Assembly: GCA_002710015.1 (NCBI GenBank)
Contig: PAOW01000029.1
Span: forward strand, 39,009-102,543
From: Methanobacteriota archaeon
Lineage (GTDB): Archaea > Thermoplasmatota > Poseidoniia > Poseidoniales > Poseidoniaceae
Direction of reading: 5' to 3'
DNA length: 63,535 bases
Part shown: positions 55,440 through 63,535 of the stretch, piece after piece
Position numbering within the stretch: the stretch's first letter is position 1
Layout: the number at the start of each line of letters is the position of its first letter
Translations under genes and position numbers: made by a program
Notes under the pieces: generated by a model
The model's database searches: none
Seen by the model: the letters and a program-made list of their open reading frames with translations, nothing else
What the model was told of the DNA's origin: nothing

Positions 55440-57242
55440 TTAACATACTCGACCAGATTCTTCTCCATATTCCATCATAGGAACCTGGAAGAGGTCATCG
55501 CATGTTCGTTCAACGATTGGTAAAGTAAGCGTACTTGCAGCCCAATTAACCGTAAACCATCCGGTTGCAGCAGGGCTAGGAACATAATCCTCTCCGGTAT
55601 TGGTTACAGTCAGGTGAATCGATTCTCCAGCCGAGAGGAATACATCCATTGGCATAAATTCCATCTTCGCCATTACAGTCTCGAAAGGTGTTAGTTGGAA
55701 AACACCATCTCTTCCTCCATCATAATATCTCAAATCCATAACAGCGTGGCCAAGATGGATTCCGTTATCATCTGTCATTTCGACAAACATGTGGCCATTA
55801 CGGGCATCATGGGGGGTTGCGGAAACGTGGAAAGTTGGCAAACCAGCAATATATGTGTCATTTTCAAACGGCCCGTATGTCATCATAATTGGATCGAAAC
55901 CTGGACCTATCGAGCCTGTGGGTGATTGGCTTATGTCACTAACTAGAATCTCAAGATAAGTGGTATCATCTGAAGGCCAGGCGGTTTCAAATCTCCACCC
56001 ACCTCTATTATCTTGCATTTCAACACCGAGTTCGGGTGCCTCTCCTTCTCCTTTGAGATACCAATTAAACCAATACAGCATTTCATCCGCCCAATCCCAA
56101 CGTAGTGTGTATGGGTATGCTTCCTGTCCACGTCCAACACCTTGTGAACTGTGACCAGATACACGGTCTGGATAATCATGAGCCCATTGACCGGCTAGAG
56201 TCTTAGTTTCTATACCAGCATCGGTTACTATTTGATGAGTAGGGAATGCCATGTGAGGATCGACATTCCAATCTTGCATTCCTTGAATGATGTAAATAGA
56301 GCCGTTATAGTTCTCAACAACTCTGTCCAGGAACGACCTTTCTGTCCAATATGTGTTTCCCGCATAATCGACCATCCCTCCAGTCAAATAAGCCGCTGGA
56401 CCATTGAGATATCCCTGCATGTAACCCTCACAGGCATTATCCGGATCATCAGCATCTCCATCGATTCCAAATGAGCCATACACTCCATTGTGCATGACGG
56501 CACCCCTAGCCTCCATGCTACCGTTTCTCCACATAAGCTCGTGAACTCCAATAAGTCCCGACATTGGTACAATTGTAGCAAGGTGTGGGTTCCCAAATGT
56601 TGCTGCTTGCCACGGAGTACTTCCATCATATGATTTACCAATCAGCCCAACATTTCCATTTGACCATCCCTGTGTTCCTAACCAAGTAACAGCAGCGTCT
56701 ATTCCTCTCTGTTCATCAGTGCCCATCAAATCCATACAGTGATTTGATTCACCGGTTCCAAAAACACTCACTTGTGCAACTCCAAAGCCATGTGGTACGT
56801 AATTTTCAATCAAGAATCTGCCAAGTCTTTCAGCAGGAGTTAATGCGTCAACATCGCCATCATCGTAGTATGGCCCAACCTCGGCGATTACTGGAACTTT
56901 ACAATTATCAGGTAATTCGGCTGATTCCCAGTCACATCCTTCGATAACAGGTAGCCATAGTCCAAGATGAACTGCTGCGTCCCCTGTCAGGCCAGAACCA
57001 CCGTCTGCCGCTGTAATGGTGGGGACATCGACATACACGCTTCTAACTGCATCAGTAGCATAGGTTCCGTTTTCTGTTACTCTGCTAAAGCTATCAGAGT
57101 TATCGTAAATTATGTTTGCACGGTCCCAGGGAGCAGGATATGCTGGCTCTATCTCAACATTTGTGATAACCTCATCTTCCCCGAAACAACCGGAAAACAT
57201 GGCTGGTAGTAAAACAACCAACATTAGAATTGCTTTACGCAT
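55440..57242 (-). CDS. CocE/NonD (peptidase S15, X-Pro dipeptidyl peptidase-like) lipoprotein
   Basis: MFSGC lipobox; [34 protein letters not shown]. Confidence 0.9.
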   Translation of the reverse strand: MRKAILMLVVLLPAMFSGCFGEDEVITNVEIEPAYPAPWDRANIIYDNSDSFSRVTENGTYATDAVRSVYVDVPTITAADGGSGLTGDAAVHLGLWLPVIEGCDWESAELPDNCKVPVIAEVGPYYDDGDVDALTPAERLGRFLIENYVPHGFGVAQVSVFGTGESNHCMDLMGTDEQRGIDAAVTWLGTQGWSNGNVGLIGKSYDGSTPWQAATFGNPHLATIVPMSGLIGVHELMWRNGSMEARGAVMHNGVYGSFGIDGDADDPDNACEGYMQGYLNGPAAYLTGGMVDYAGNTYWTERSFLDRVVENYNGSIYIIQGMQDWNVDPHMAFPTHQIVTDAGIETKTLAGQWAHDYPDRVSGHSSQGVGRGQEAYPYTLRWDWADEMLYWFNWYLKGEGEAPELGVEMQDNRGGWRFETAWPSDDTTYLEILVSDISQSPTGSIGPGFDPIMMTYGPFENDTYIAGLPTFHVSATPHDARNGHMFVEMTDDNGIHLGHAVMDLRYYDGGRDGVFQLTPFETVMAKMEFMPMDVFLSAGESIHLTVTNTGEDYVPSPAATGWFTVNWAASTLTLPIVERTCDDLFQVPMMEYGEESGRVC

Positions 57243-57347
57243 GCCCTAAGGGCATGTTGACTTGGATTTGAGTCTATCCATTGGTCGTACGAAATTAGCG
57301 GGTCCACTAGTGGGTGGATTCATGTGCTGTGACGAGTTGGGTAATAC

Positions 57348-60300
57348 ATGCGTGGTCTGTTTGTCGCATTGATACTCCTTGTCGCCTTTGTTCCAAATAG
57401 TATTGTAACTGCCGAAACCACTAGTTGGACTGTGACAGAAGAAAACTACCAAGGAGTAGTGATTACAGAAATTTTGGTATCTCCAAGCGATGAATCTCAC
57501 AACGGAACCGACTGGAATGGGGACGGAGAGATCGGAAGGGAAAGTGACCAATACATGACTATTCAAAACTCTGGAAGTGAAATTGTCGATCTAACCAATT
57601 GGTCGGTTGATGATAAACAAAATGCAGGTAGTCCGCCTTGTGTGATTTTAAACATGACCATATCTCCTGGAGATTCGATTACTTTCTACAGAGCAGATAC
57701 GGGCATAGAATTGGATTACTTTGATGGAGATTCAGCTACATTGATTGACAATAATGGTCTGGTTCAGAGCCAATTTGAGTATCCCGGACTCGATTCTGAC
57801 TGGGACAGAACATACGTACAAGGGCCAAATTCAACCTTAGTGAAATCAGACCCTAGCCCATCATCAACTCATGGAACATGCGTGATTAGCGATACAAACG
57901 GACAGGATGACAACAACACTGGTGGAGGAGACACCTCTAGTGTTGGAATGTGGTATACAAGTAGTTCGAATTACCAAGGAGTAAAAATTTCAGAGATACT
58001 TGTCTCATCCTCAGGGGAAGATTACGGAGGCGTCGATTTAGATGGTGATGGAGAAGTATTCACAAACAGCGAGCAATATATCCAACTAACCAACGAAGGC
58101 GACTTTGAGGTTGACATATCGGACTGGACCCTAGATGACAATCCCTCTGGAGGCAGTGCTCCGTGTTCAATAGGATGGGATACAACAATAGCACCTCAAG
58201 AGAGTATTGTTTTCTATCGTTCTAAAACCCAAATCATATTCGATTATTTCGAAGATGATTATGCAATTCTCAAAGACATGTCCGGCACAATTCAGAGTTC
58301 TGTTCAATACCCTGCGAGAGATTCGTTCTATGATGAAGCATACATCATGAATGAAGACGGCACGCTTGGTAAAAGCGATGCAAATCCCGCCACTAGACAA
58401 GGAACTTGTTTCAAACAATCAGATAATTCAGAATCAAAGTATATTCTAAAAGGCAAGATTGTGACAATGGCTGGAGAAAATAATGTCATTGAGAACGGTA
58501 ACATAATGATTGAAGATGGCATGATAGCGGCAATTTGGTCGAATGGAGAAATACCCCCAATCAACACAGACGATATCACTGTCTATGATACAGAGGCTAG
58601 CATCTATCCGGGTCTAATAGATCTTCACAACCACATGCATTACAATCACATACCACTATGGGATTTTGATGTTCACTTGTCTGATTCCCAAAAGTCCGAG
58701 GAAGGTGGATATACTAATCGATACCAATGGGGTAATAATTGGGACTACGGACCGAGCATTACTTGGATGAAAAATAATGTTCAAGACTTCAACAGATGGG
58801 ATATGGCTTCGGAACAGATGAAGTATGCTGAAGCTCAAGCTGTTGCGGGAGGAGTTACCGCTGTCCAGGGCTCACCAAGTAGTGGAACTGATTCTTGGGA
58901 CAGTATGTTATCTCGCAACGTTGAGTTATACAATTTCGGACAGGATGGAATGTATACATGTGCTGTGTGTGGAGCTGCGGATGATGACTATTCAGGCCAA
59001 CATCTAATCGATAAAAGCAATGCTGGGACTCTCAACGCATGGTTCGTTCACCTCTCAGAGGGAGTGGATTCTAGCAGCAAGAGTGAATTCGATGCACTTT
59101 ATGATAAAGGACTGATTATGGATGAGACTGTGGTCATACATGGCACTGGCATGGATCAAAGTCAATTCAACAAGATGGGGCAGACCGGAGCAGGATTAGT
59201 CTGGTCACCATTTTCCAATCTAGTTCTCTATGGAGATACTACGGATGTTGTTGCTGCTGATAATGCTGGAATAACAATCTCTCTAGCACCTGATTGGGGC
59301 CCTAGCGGAACCAAGAATAATCTGCATGAACTAAAAGTCGCAGATATGTGGAATCGAGAGGTCCTGAACAACCATTTTTCAGATTATGAACTAGCACAAA
59401 TGGTAACCTCAAATGCTGCGGAAATAAGCAAATGGAGTAGCTTTGTTGGCCAAATAAAAACTGGAATGTATGCTGACTTAGTGGTTATCGATACCTTCCA
59501 TGAGAATCCATATCGTAACTTAATCGAAGCGATTGATCCAGATATCAGACTGACTGTTGTTCAAGGCAAACCAGTGTTTGGAGATATTGACCTGATGAGT
59601 GAAATGAAGGGAGACGATTGGGAATACGTCAATGGCAGTGGATTCAGTAAGGCGATAGATGTCACATCAACCACGGAAGTAGATGGAATGCAAACTTGGG
59701 AAAATATTGAGAGTGGCCTATCAATGGCAATGAAGAATAATTTCGATGACATCAAAGAACACTGGAACGACGTTCAAGGCATGAGTGATTCAGAAATCAA
59801 TGATTGGCTCGGCACCACATTTGATGGAGATTATCGAGACGGTGTTAATCACCTCAAATCAATGGACCTTGACCCAATTTATACAATAGGTGATGACCGT
59901 TTCTTCGATGTTGTAAATAGGTCAGGTCATGCAAATTACCACATTGATATGACTAAGTTATACGATTACTACGATGTCGAGTATGATGCTGAAGGAAACA
60001 GGCCATTCATACAGGATTCAAACTACAATAACAACAATAATGACACTGATAATGAGTTGAAAACCGGTTGCATGGATTCACTGGCAACAAATTATGACTC
60101 TGATGCTCAAGTCGATGATGGCTCTTGCGTATTCGATGTAATCGATGATAACCAGAATGACAACGATCAGAATATCGAGGATAGTGACACCTGCACCGGC
60201 ATATGTGATGAAGAAACTACAGATAAGACAAAATCAGATGAATCTGATCCTGTTGTTGTCTTGTCGATTGTGATGGGACTAATTTTTGCAATAGCGATTG

Positions 60301-60404
60301 CAGTAATTTACATTTCTAGGGGTGAAGATTCTTTGGTAGACAACGATGACGTGAGCGAAGAATTTGTTCCTGAATTACCACCACTAGAGCCGCCAAAGAG
60401 CTAG
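57348..60404 (+). CDS. Secreted, membrane-anchored protein: two lamin-tail domains plus a metal-dependent amidohydrolase/deaminase
   Basis: Signal peptide; two LTDs (ITEIL..DLTNWSV; ISEIL..DISDWTL); PGLIDLHNH, HLSEG, IHG, APDW, ADLVV; C-terminal TM. Confidence 0.85.
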   Translation: MRGLFVALILLVAFVPNSIVTAETTSWTVTEENYQGVVITEILVSPSDESHNGTDWNGDGEIGRESDQYMTIQNSGSEIVDLTNWSVDDKQNAGSPPCVILNMTISPGDSITFYRADTGIELDYFDGDSATLIDNNGLVQSQFEYPGLDSDWDRTYVQGPNSTLVKSDPSPSSTHGTCVISDTNGQDDNNTGGGDTSSVGMWYTSSSNYQGVKISEILVSSSGEDYGGVDLDGDGEVFTNSEQYIQLTNEGDFEVDISDWTLDDNPSGGSAPCSIGWDTTIAPQESIVFYRSKTQIIFDYFEDDYAILKDMSGTIQSSVQYPARDSFYDEAYIMNEDGTLGKSDANPATRQGTCFKQSDNSESKYILKGKIVTMAGENNVIENGNIMIEDGMIAAIWSNGEIPPINTDDITVYDTEASIYPGLIDLHNHMHYNHIPLWDFDVHLSDSQKSEEGGYTNRYQWGNNWDYGPSITWMKNNVQDFNRWDMASEQMKYAEAQAVAGGVTAVQGSPSSGTDSWDSMLSRNVELYNFGQDGMYTCAVCGAADDDYSGQHLIDKSNAGTLNAWFVHLSEGVDSSSKSEFDALYDKGLIMDETVVIHGTGMDQSQFNKMGQTGAGLVWSPFSNLVLYGDTTDVVAADNAGITISLAPDWGPSGTKNNLHELKVADMWNREVLNNHFSDYELAQMVTSNAAEISKWSSFVGQIKTGMYADLVVIDTFHENPYRNLIEAIDPDIRLTVVQGKPVFGDIDLMSEMKGDDWEYVNGSGFSKAIDVTSTTEVDGMQTWENIESGLSMAMKNNFDDIKEHWNDVQGMSDSEINDWLGTTFDGDYRDGVNHLKSMDLDPIYTIGDDRFFDVVNRSGHANYHIDMTKLYDYYDVEYDAEGNRPFIQDSNYNNNNNDTDNELKTGCMDSLATNYDSDAQVDDGSCVFDVIDDNQNDNDQNIEDSDTCTGICDEETTDKTKSDESDPVVVLSIVMGLIFAIAIAVIYISRGEDSLVDNDDVSEEFVPELPPLEPPKS

Positions 60405-61882
60405 ACTAAGTCCCAGATTGGACCCTGGGCTGTATCGGTAACCACCACACCCATTAGGGCAAGTTCTTCCCTAATTGCGTCTGCTTTTGCCCAGTCCTTT
60501 GAGGACCTTGCTATGCTTCTTTGTTCAATCAATTCTTCAACCTTATCCGCAATCTGTGCTTTACGTGGATCTTCCTCTGGTTCGGCTAAAACCTGCTCTC
60601 TGGTTGGTAATACTCCCAACACTGATCCAGCTGTATCTTCTAGCCACTCGACACAATGAACCGCATATGCCCCAAGATCATCACCTTCCAGTGTTGATAG
60701 CATCTTGCTCATCTCACGTAATGCACCCAAAACTTTAGCACAAGCTTCTCTAGAATTGAAATCGTCATCCATCGCAACAGCAAAGCCCTGAGCCATTTTT
60801 TCTAGAAGCCCAACACTTCTGACTAGCGGAATAGCAGATTGGACATCACCATGAGGGAGAGGGGGACAATTGACGCCCATCAACTCTAGAGCTGCTTTGT
60901 AAACATCAACTAATCGCGAATGATTCTTTTGAGCATCTTTGAGTAATTGTTCATTCATATCGATAGGAGAACGATAGTGCGCATTGATTAAGGAAAATCT
61001 TAGAACAAGCGGATCTACCTTTTCTACAATATCACGGATTGTCCAAAAATTTCCAAGAGACTTACTCATCTTTTCCCCGTCAATATTGACAAACCCGTTG
61101 TGCAACCAGTGATGAACTACTGGAGAGCATCCTGTGTGACATTCTCCTTGGAATATCTCTGCCTCGTGGTGTGGAAATAGTAAATCATGTCCACCACCAT
61201 GAATATCAAATTGTGCACCGAATGAATCCATAGACATCGCTGTGCATTCGATATGCCAACCTGGCCTGCCCTCACCCCAAGGAGAGTCCCATGTTGGCTC
61301 TCCTGGTTTTGCTGATTTCCAGAGAGCGAAATCTTTGTGATCTCTTTTACCAGAACCGCTATCACCAACGCGTCCTCCTGCGCCGCTTCTAACCGCATCA
61401 ATGCTCTGACCGGTCAATTGCCCATATTTTTCTGGAGCGCTCTCAACGCTGAAGTAAACTCCATCTTCCGCAGCGTATGCGTGTCCTTTGTCGATTAAAT
61501 CAGATGTGATATCTATCATTTCATCAACAAAATCTGTACACCTTGGATACTTATCGGCTCTCAGAATATTCAAAGAATCCATATCTCTGTAATACGAATT
61601 TATGTTTTGCTCAACCAGTTCTCTCCAATCGGTTTCTGTTTCGATTGCTCTGTTGATTATCTTATCATCAATGTCCGTAAAATTCTGAACGTAGTTAACA
61701 TCATACCCGGACTTCTCTAGCCACCTGTGTATCAAATCGAATGCAAGATAACACCTAGCATGACCCAGATGACACAAATCATAGACAGTCACACCACAAA
61801 CATACATGTTTACTACGCCGGGATTCATAGTGGTGAAATCCACTTTTTCCCGCCGACGGGTATCATGTACTCTCAGAGGCAT
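60401..61882 (-). CDS. cysS: Cysteine--tRNA ligase
   Basis: [50 protein letters not shown]. Confidence 0.97.
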   Translation of the reverse strand: MPLRVHDTRRREKVDFTTMNPGVVNMYVCGVTVYDLCHLGHARCYLAFDLIHRWLEKSGYDVNYVQNFTDIDDKIINRAIETETDWRELVEQNINSYYRDMDSLNILRADKYPRCTDFVDEMIDITSDLIDKGHAYAAEDGVYFSVESAPEKYGQLTGQSIDAVRSGAGGRVGDSGSGKRDHKDFALWKSAKPGEPTWDSPWGEGRPGWHIECTAMSMDSFGAQFDIHGGGHDLLFPHHEAEIFQGECHTGCSPVVHHWLHNGFVNIDGEKMSKSLGNFWTIRDIVEKVDPLVLRFSLINAHYRSPIDMNEQLLKDAQKNHSRLVDVYKAALELMGVNCPPLPHGDVQSAIPLVRSVGLLEKMAQGFAVAMDDDFNSREACAKVLGALREMSKMLSTLEGDDLGAYAVHCVEWLEDTAGSVLGVLPTREQVLAEPEEDPRKAQIADKVEELIEQRSIARSSKDWAKADAIREELALMGVVVTDTAQGPIWDLV

Positions 61883-61953
61883 CTACACCCTGCGGTAATT
61901 TACTTCTATTCAAACAATGCCATTATTCAAAGCAAGGTGGTGGATGCCCGACC

Positions 61954-62919
61954 ATGGCTGGGCTTGTTGTCGTCACTGGTGCGAACGGCCATATTGGAAA
62001 CAATCTGTGCAAGGAATTACTGGCTCATGGCTATGAAGTAAGAGGCACAGTTCGGTCTTTGGAAAAAGCACCACCTCTAGATATGGAATTTGTAGAGGCT
62101 GATGTGCTGGACCCTGATGTCTGGGAGGATGTTTTCAAGGATGCTACCGGTCTATTTCATCTTGCGACAATATATGCCACCAAAGGAGACGCACAACTGA
62201 TTCTTGATACTGCAAATATTGGGACTGAAAACGTCCTTAAAGCAGCAAGTAAATGTGGAATCGAAAGAATTGTCTACACTTCCTCTACTGCTGCTGTGGG
62301 AGCATCGCCAAAAGGAGTAATAAAAAATGAAAATAATTGGAATGATAATTTCTCTCTTCCATATTCACAGGCAAAAACTGACTCTGAAAAGAAAGCATGG
62401 CAAATAGCAGAAGAATTGAATTTAGATCTCAGAGTAATTAATCCAAGCGGCGTTCTAGGTGGTTCATTTGCCACGCCAACTCCTACCACAGAAATAATTG
62501 GAGATGCAATGAAAGGAAAATATCCAGCTGTGCCAAAAATTCCTCTTGCCTTTGTCCATGTAGATGATGTTGCAATAGCTCACAGACTTGCGTATGAAGT
62601 GGATGATGCTAGCGGGAGATACGTTCTTGCTCCCCATCAAGGAGGCAACATTCATGATTTGTTGAAAAGGGCGAGAACACTATATCCAAACCTAAAATTT
62701 CCAAGAATAGGAATTCCATTGTGGTTACTACCAGTTGTTGTTTTCCAAGACTGGATAATGAGTTTATTTTCGGGCAAAAGGTTGTTGACAAGATCTGCCG
62801 CAAAATCATTCAAGAATGGTGATTCACTCTATTCAAGCGAAAAAGCGGAAAACGAATTAGGAATCGTTTGGAAATCATACGATGATTGTATCAAAGATAC
62901 GGTGGAGGCTTACAAGTGA
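61954..62919 (+). CDS. NAD-dependent epimerase/dehydratase, dihydroflavonol-reductase-like SDR
   Basis: TGANGHIG, YTSS, YSQAK, INPS, VHVDDVA. Confidence 0.9.
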   Translation: MAGLVVVTGANGHIGNNLCKELLAHGYEVRGTVRSLEKAPPLDMEFVEADVLDPDVWEDVFKDATGLFHLATIYATKGDAQLILDTANIGTENVLKAASKCGIERIVYTSSTAAVGASPKGVIKNENNWNDNFSLPYSQAKTDSEKKAWQIAEELNLDLRVINPSGVLGGSFATPTPTTEIIGDAMKGKYPAVPKIPLAFVHVDDVAIAHRLAYEVDDASGRYVLAPHQGGNIHDLLKRARTLYPNLKFPRIGIPLWLLPVVVFQDWIMSLFSGKRLLTRSAAKSFKNGDSLYSSEKAENELGIVWKSYDDCIKDTVEAYK

Positions 62920-63535
62920 ACCTAAATGCTGTAATAGCAAGATTAGGTTGGACTTTACCTGCAATTACTGTTATTCTCTCAAGCCTTACACATCTATTAC
63001 TTGGCGACAATAGGGCATTCCCATTCTTAATTTCTGAGGCAGACTACCCTGGACTACAACGCTATATTTTCACAATTGGATTCTTTTTATCCGGTATCAT
63101 TTTGATATACCTTTCATGGAAATTCTACAAATCGAACAAAGATGATACTAGATGGTACTGGATACACTTGTCGCTAATTTGTGGTATCATTGTTGGAATT
63201 AACCTCAGCATTATGGCGTTCATGAACATGTATGACCACCTCGAACTTCATATTCTTACAGCAAGCAATGTTTTCCAATTTGGCCTTGCATGGGGAATTT
63301 TGTCACATCTGGCGTTTGAGAATAGCCAAGAATGGGCAAAAAAATTGAGATACTTCTCGATTAGCTTGGGCTTTTTTTCATTTTTTATGATGCTATTAGT
63401 GTTCAATATGGGTATCCAAGAAAATCCGCAATTTATTGATAATGAGTGGGATTTGGACACATTACAACCTTACATAAACTGGGCAGCTCCATTGGAATAT
63501 ATGCTTGTAGCATCCTTCATACTGACCCTAGTTTC
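62916..63535 (+). CDS. Frag1/DRAM/Sfk1-like multi-TM protein, 3' end beyond the window
   Basis: Not in the ORF track. GTG at 62916 overlaps the upstream TGA; frame open to the end: MNLNAVIARLGWTLPAITV...FPFLISEADYPGLQRYIFTIG...LHILTA...WAAPLEYMLV. Confidence 0.7.
   Translation, partial: MNLNAVIARLGWTLPAITVILSSLTHLLLGDNRAFPFLISEADYPGLQRYIFTIGFFLSGIILIYLSWKFYKSNKDDTRWYWIHLSLICGIIVGINLSIMAFMNMYDHLELHILTASNVFQFGLAWGILSHLAFENSQEWAKKLRYFSISLGFFSFFMMLLVFNMGIQENPQFIDNEWDLDTLQPYINWAAPLEYMLVASFILTLV

Noticed and set aside
60018..60055. AAC/AAT-rich run
   Set aside because: Encodes a poly-Asn linker; not a pure microsatellite or phase-variation tract
1..63535. CRISPR arrays, rRNA, IS elements, inteins, provirus
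   Set aside because: No regularly spaced repeats, rRNA-like tracts, transposase/integrase/capsid motifs or intein-sized insertions were recognised by eye

Overview
Gene-dense archaeal chromosome segment, most consistent with Marine Group II (Poseidoniales, Thermoplasmatota). This is inferred from the archaellum cluster with no che genes beside it, Nob1, MutS5-like and SAMP-like genes, bacterial-type NadE/PolX/Nth, and many giant acidic surface proteins. Contents: two tandem large surface-protein genes at the left end (the first, missing from the ORF track, runs off the window and starts with a WapA/DNRLRE-type leader domain); an oversized FtsX/MacB-type ABC system; SAMP/MoaD, TatA, Nob1, DedA; tRNA-Glu(TTC) followed by an AT-rich CPBP protease/TspO pair; a membrane Na+-PPase; PolX-PHP; Nth; an archaellum cluster (arlB1-arlB2-arlCDE-like-arlF-G-H-I-J) preceded by three co-oriented, overlapping unknown genes; bcp; a fused aconitase X; NadE; IleRS; MutS5-like; CysRS; and several secreted or lipoprotein hydrolases and adhesins. 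No CRISPR array, rRNA, transposase or integrase was seen. The best candidate for an undescribed system is the three-gene module (TerB-like protein, 1657-aa Ig-array membrane protein, cytoplasmic coiled-coil/Ig protein) directly upstream of the archaellum genes. Other notable variants: a fused AcnX with the swivel domain last, a GIHH-motif IleRS, a PolX lacking its third canonical Asp, and archaellins with non-basic cleavage sites and no N-glycosylation sequons. All family calls come from motif recognition by eye; no searches were run.
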